The notes beneath the pieces were generated by a model. That model had not been told where the DNA came from and searched no databases. It saw only the letters and a program-made list of their open reading frames with translations. Positions 15,333 to 16,000 of a DNA stretch of 16,000 nucleotides are shown here, in pieces (position 1 is the stretch's first letter; every line of letters begins with the position of its first letter). The stretch spans positions 2,373,231-2,389,230 of the forward strand of contig NZ_CP180556.1 of NCBI RefSeq assembly GCF_047778125.1, given 5' to 3'. The translations under genes and the position numbers were made by a program. This DNA comes from Neptuniibacter sp. QD29_5 (GTDB lineage: Bacteria > Pseudomonadota > Gammaproteobacteria > Pseudomonadales > Balneatricaceae).

Positions 15333-16000
15333 TTAAACGCGTTCAAAGATTACTGCGATACCCTGACCGCCACCAATACACATAGTTACCAGCGCGTACT
15401 TGCCTTCGATACGCTCCAGCTCATAGATAGCCTTAGTTGCAATGAATGCACCAGAACAACCTACAGGGTGACCTAATGCAATTGCACCGCCATTCGGGTT
15501 AGTTTTCTGCATATCCAAACCAAGACCTTTAGCTACCGCAATCGCCTGAGCTGCAAAGGCTTCGTTAGACTCGATCACATCCATATCATCTAAGCTCAAA
15601 CCGGCTTTTTCCAAAGCTAGTTTAGTTGCAGGGATTGGGCCTTCACCCATAATCTCGTTAGATACACCCGCAACTGCGTAAGACTTAATCTTAGCGATCG
15701 GCTTTTGACCCGCAGCTTCAGCCGCTTCTGCAGAAGCTAGTACGAAGAATGCAGCACCATCGTTAATGCCCGATGCATTACCCGCCGTTACTGTACCGTC
15801 TTTCTTAAATGCAGGGCGCATGCCTGCCAGTTTTTCAGCAGTAGTACCTGGCTTACCGTGCTCATCAGTATCGAAAACAACTTCGCCTTTACGTGTCTTC
15901 TGCACGATAGGTACGATCTGAGACTTAAAACGACCTTCTTCAATTGCAACAGCCGCACGACGTTGAGATTCAGCAGCTAGCTCATCTTGATCTTCACGGC
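15333..16000 (-). CDS. Acetyl-CoA C-acetyl/acyltransferase (thiolase), C-terminal part; the 5' end lies beyond the window
   Basis: The C-terminal signatures are NEAFAAQ, NPNGGAIALGHPVGCSGA and CIGGGQGIAVIFERV. The track's Met at 15905 is an internal GTG. The frame stays open to base 16000 (…REDQDELAAESQRRAAVAIEEGRFKSQIVPIVQK…). Confidence 0.95.
   Translation of the reverse strand, partial: REDQDELAAESQRRAAVAIEEGRFKSQIVPIVQKTRKGEVVFDTDEHGKPGTTAEKLAGMRPAFKKDGTVTAGNASGINDGAAFFVLASAEAAEAAGQKPIAKIKSYAVAGVSNEIMGEGPIPATKLALEKAGLSLDDMDVIESNEAFAAQAIAVAKGLGLDMQKTNPNGGAIALGHPVGCSGAFIATKAIYELERIEGKYALVTMCIGGGQGIAVIFERV

Noticed and set aside
15333-15905. Track start (Met) of the thiolase ORF at 15905
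   Set aside because: The codon is an internal GTG. The frame remains open to base 16000 and the upstream translation (EEGRFKSQIVPI...) is still thiolase-like. The gene is therefore truncated by the window edge and is not 190 aa.
1-16000. CRISPR arrays, tRNA/rRNA genes, IS elements, integrons or long tandem repeats
   Set aside because: The intergenic gaps are short (16-371 bp). None shows repeat-spacer periodicity, cloverleaf-type stem sets or terminal inverted repeats. Only isolated hairpins and the short motifs listed above were seen. A computational scan (tRNAscan-SE, Infernal/Rfam, ISfinder BLAST) would be needed to exclude these fully.

Overview
The window is 16 kb of tightly packed, AT-rich bacterial chromosome. 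The proteins look gammaproteobacterial, possibly a marine lineage, but that is inference only. I support 20 protein-coding genes, one of them a 58-aa ORF missing from the supplied track. I recognised no rRNA, tRNA, CRISPR array, transposase, integrase or phage genes. Left to right: (1) the 3' part of a bufferin-type RiPP operon (MNIO/DUF692, DUF2063, DoxX), whose precursor gene would lie upstream of base 1; (2) an AT-richer block with an orphan ORF, a membrane GGDEF cyclase, an alpha/beta hydrolase, a mini HNH/zinc-ribbon protein and an atypical 400-aa sigma-70-family factor; (3) a DUF3429-like membrane protein; (4) a candidate nitrosative-stress locus: flavohemoglobin hmp, transcribed divergently from a chemoreceptor whose input looks like an NrtS-type nitrate/nitrite transporter module, then cytochrome b562, a PPOX-class flavoprotein and the 58-aa ORF ending in CCGSCS. 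Three 23-bp NsrR-like inverted repeats sit at the two divergent promoter regions of this locus; (5) a membrane di-iron desaturase-like protein, a LysR regulator, two flavodoxin-fold NAD(P)H reductases and a small membrane protein; (6) the 3' part of a thiolase running off the right edge. The findings most worth follow-up are the NrtS-like/MCP fusion, the CCGSCS micro-ORF and the shared operator motif that links them to hmp. All family assignments come from reading motifs by eye. No database search was run.
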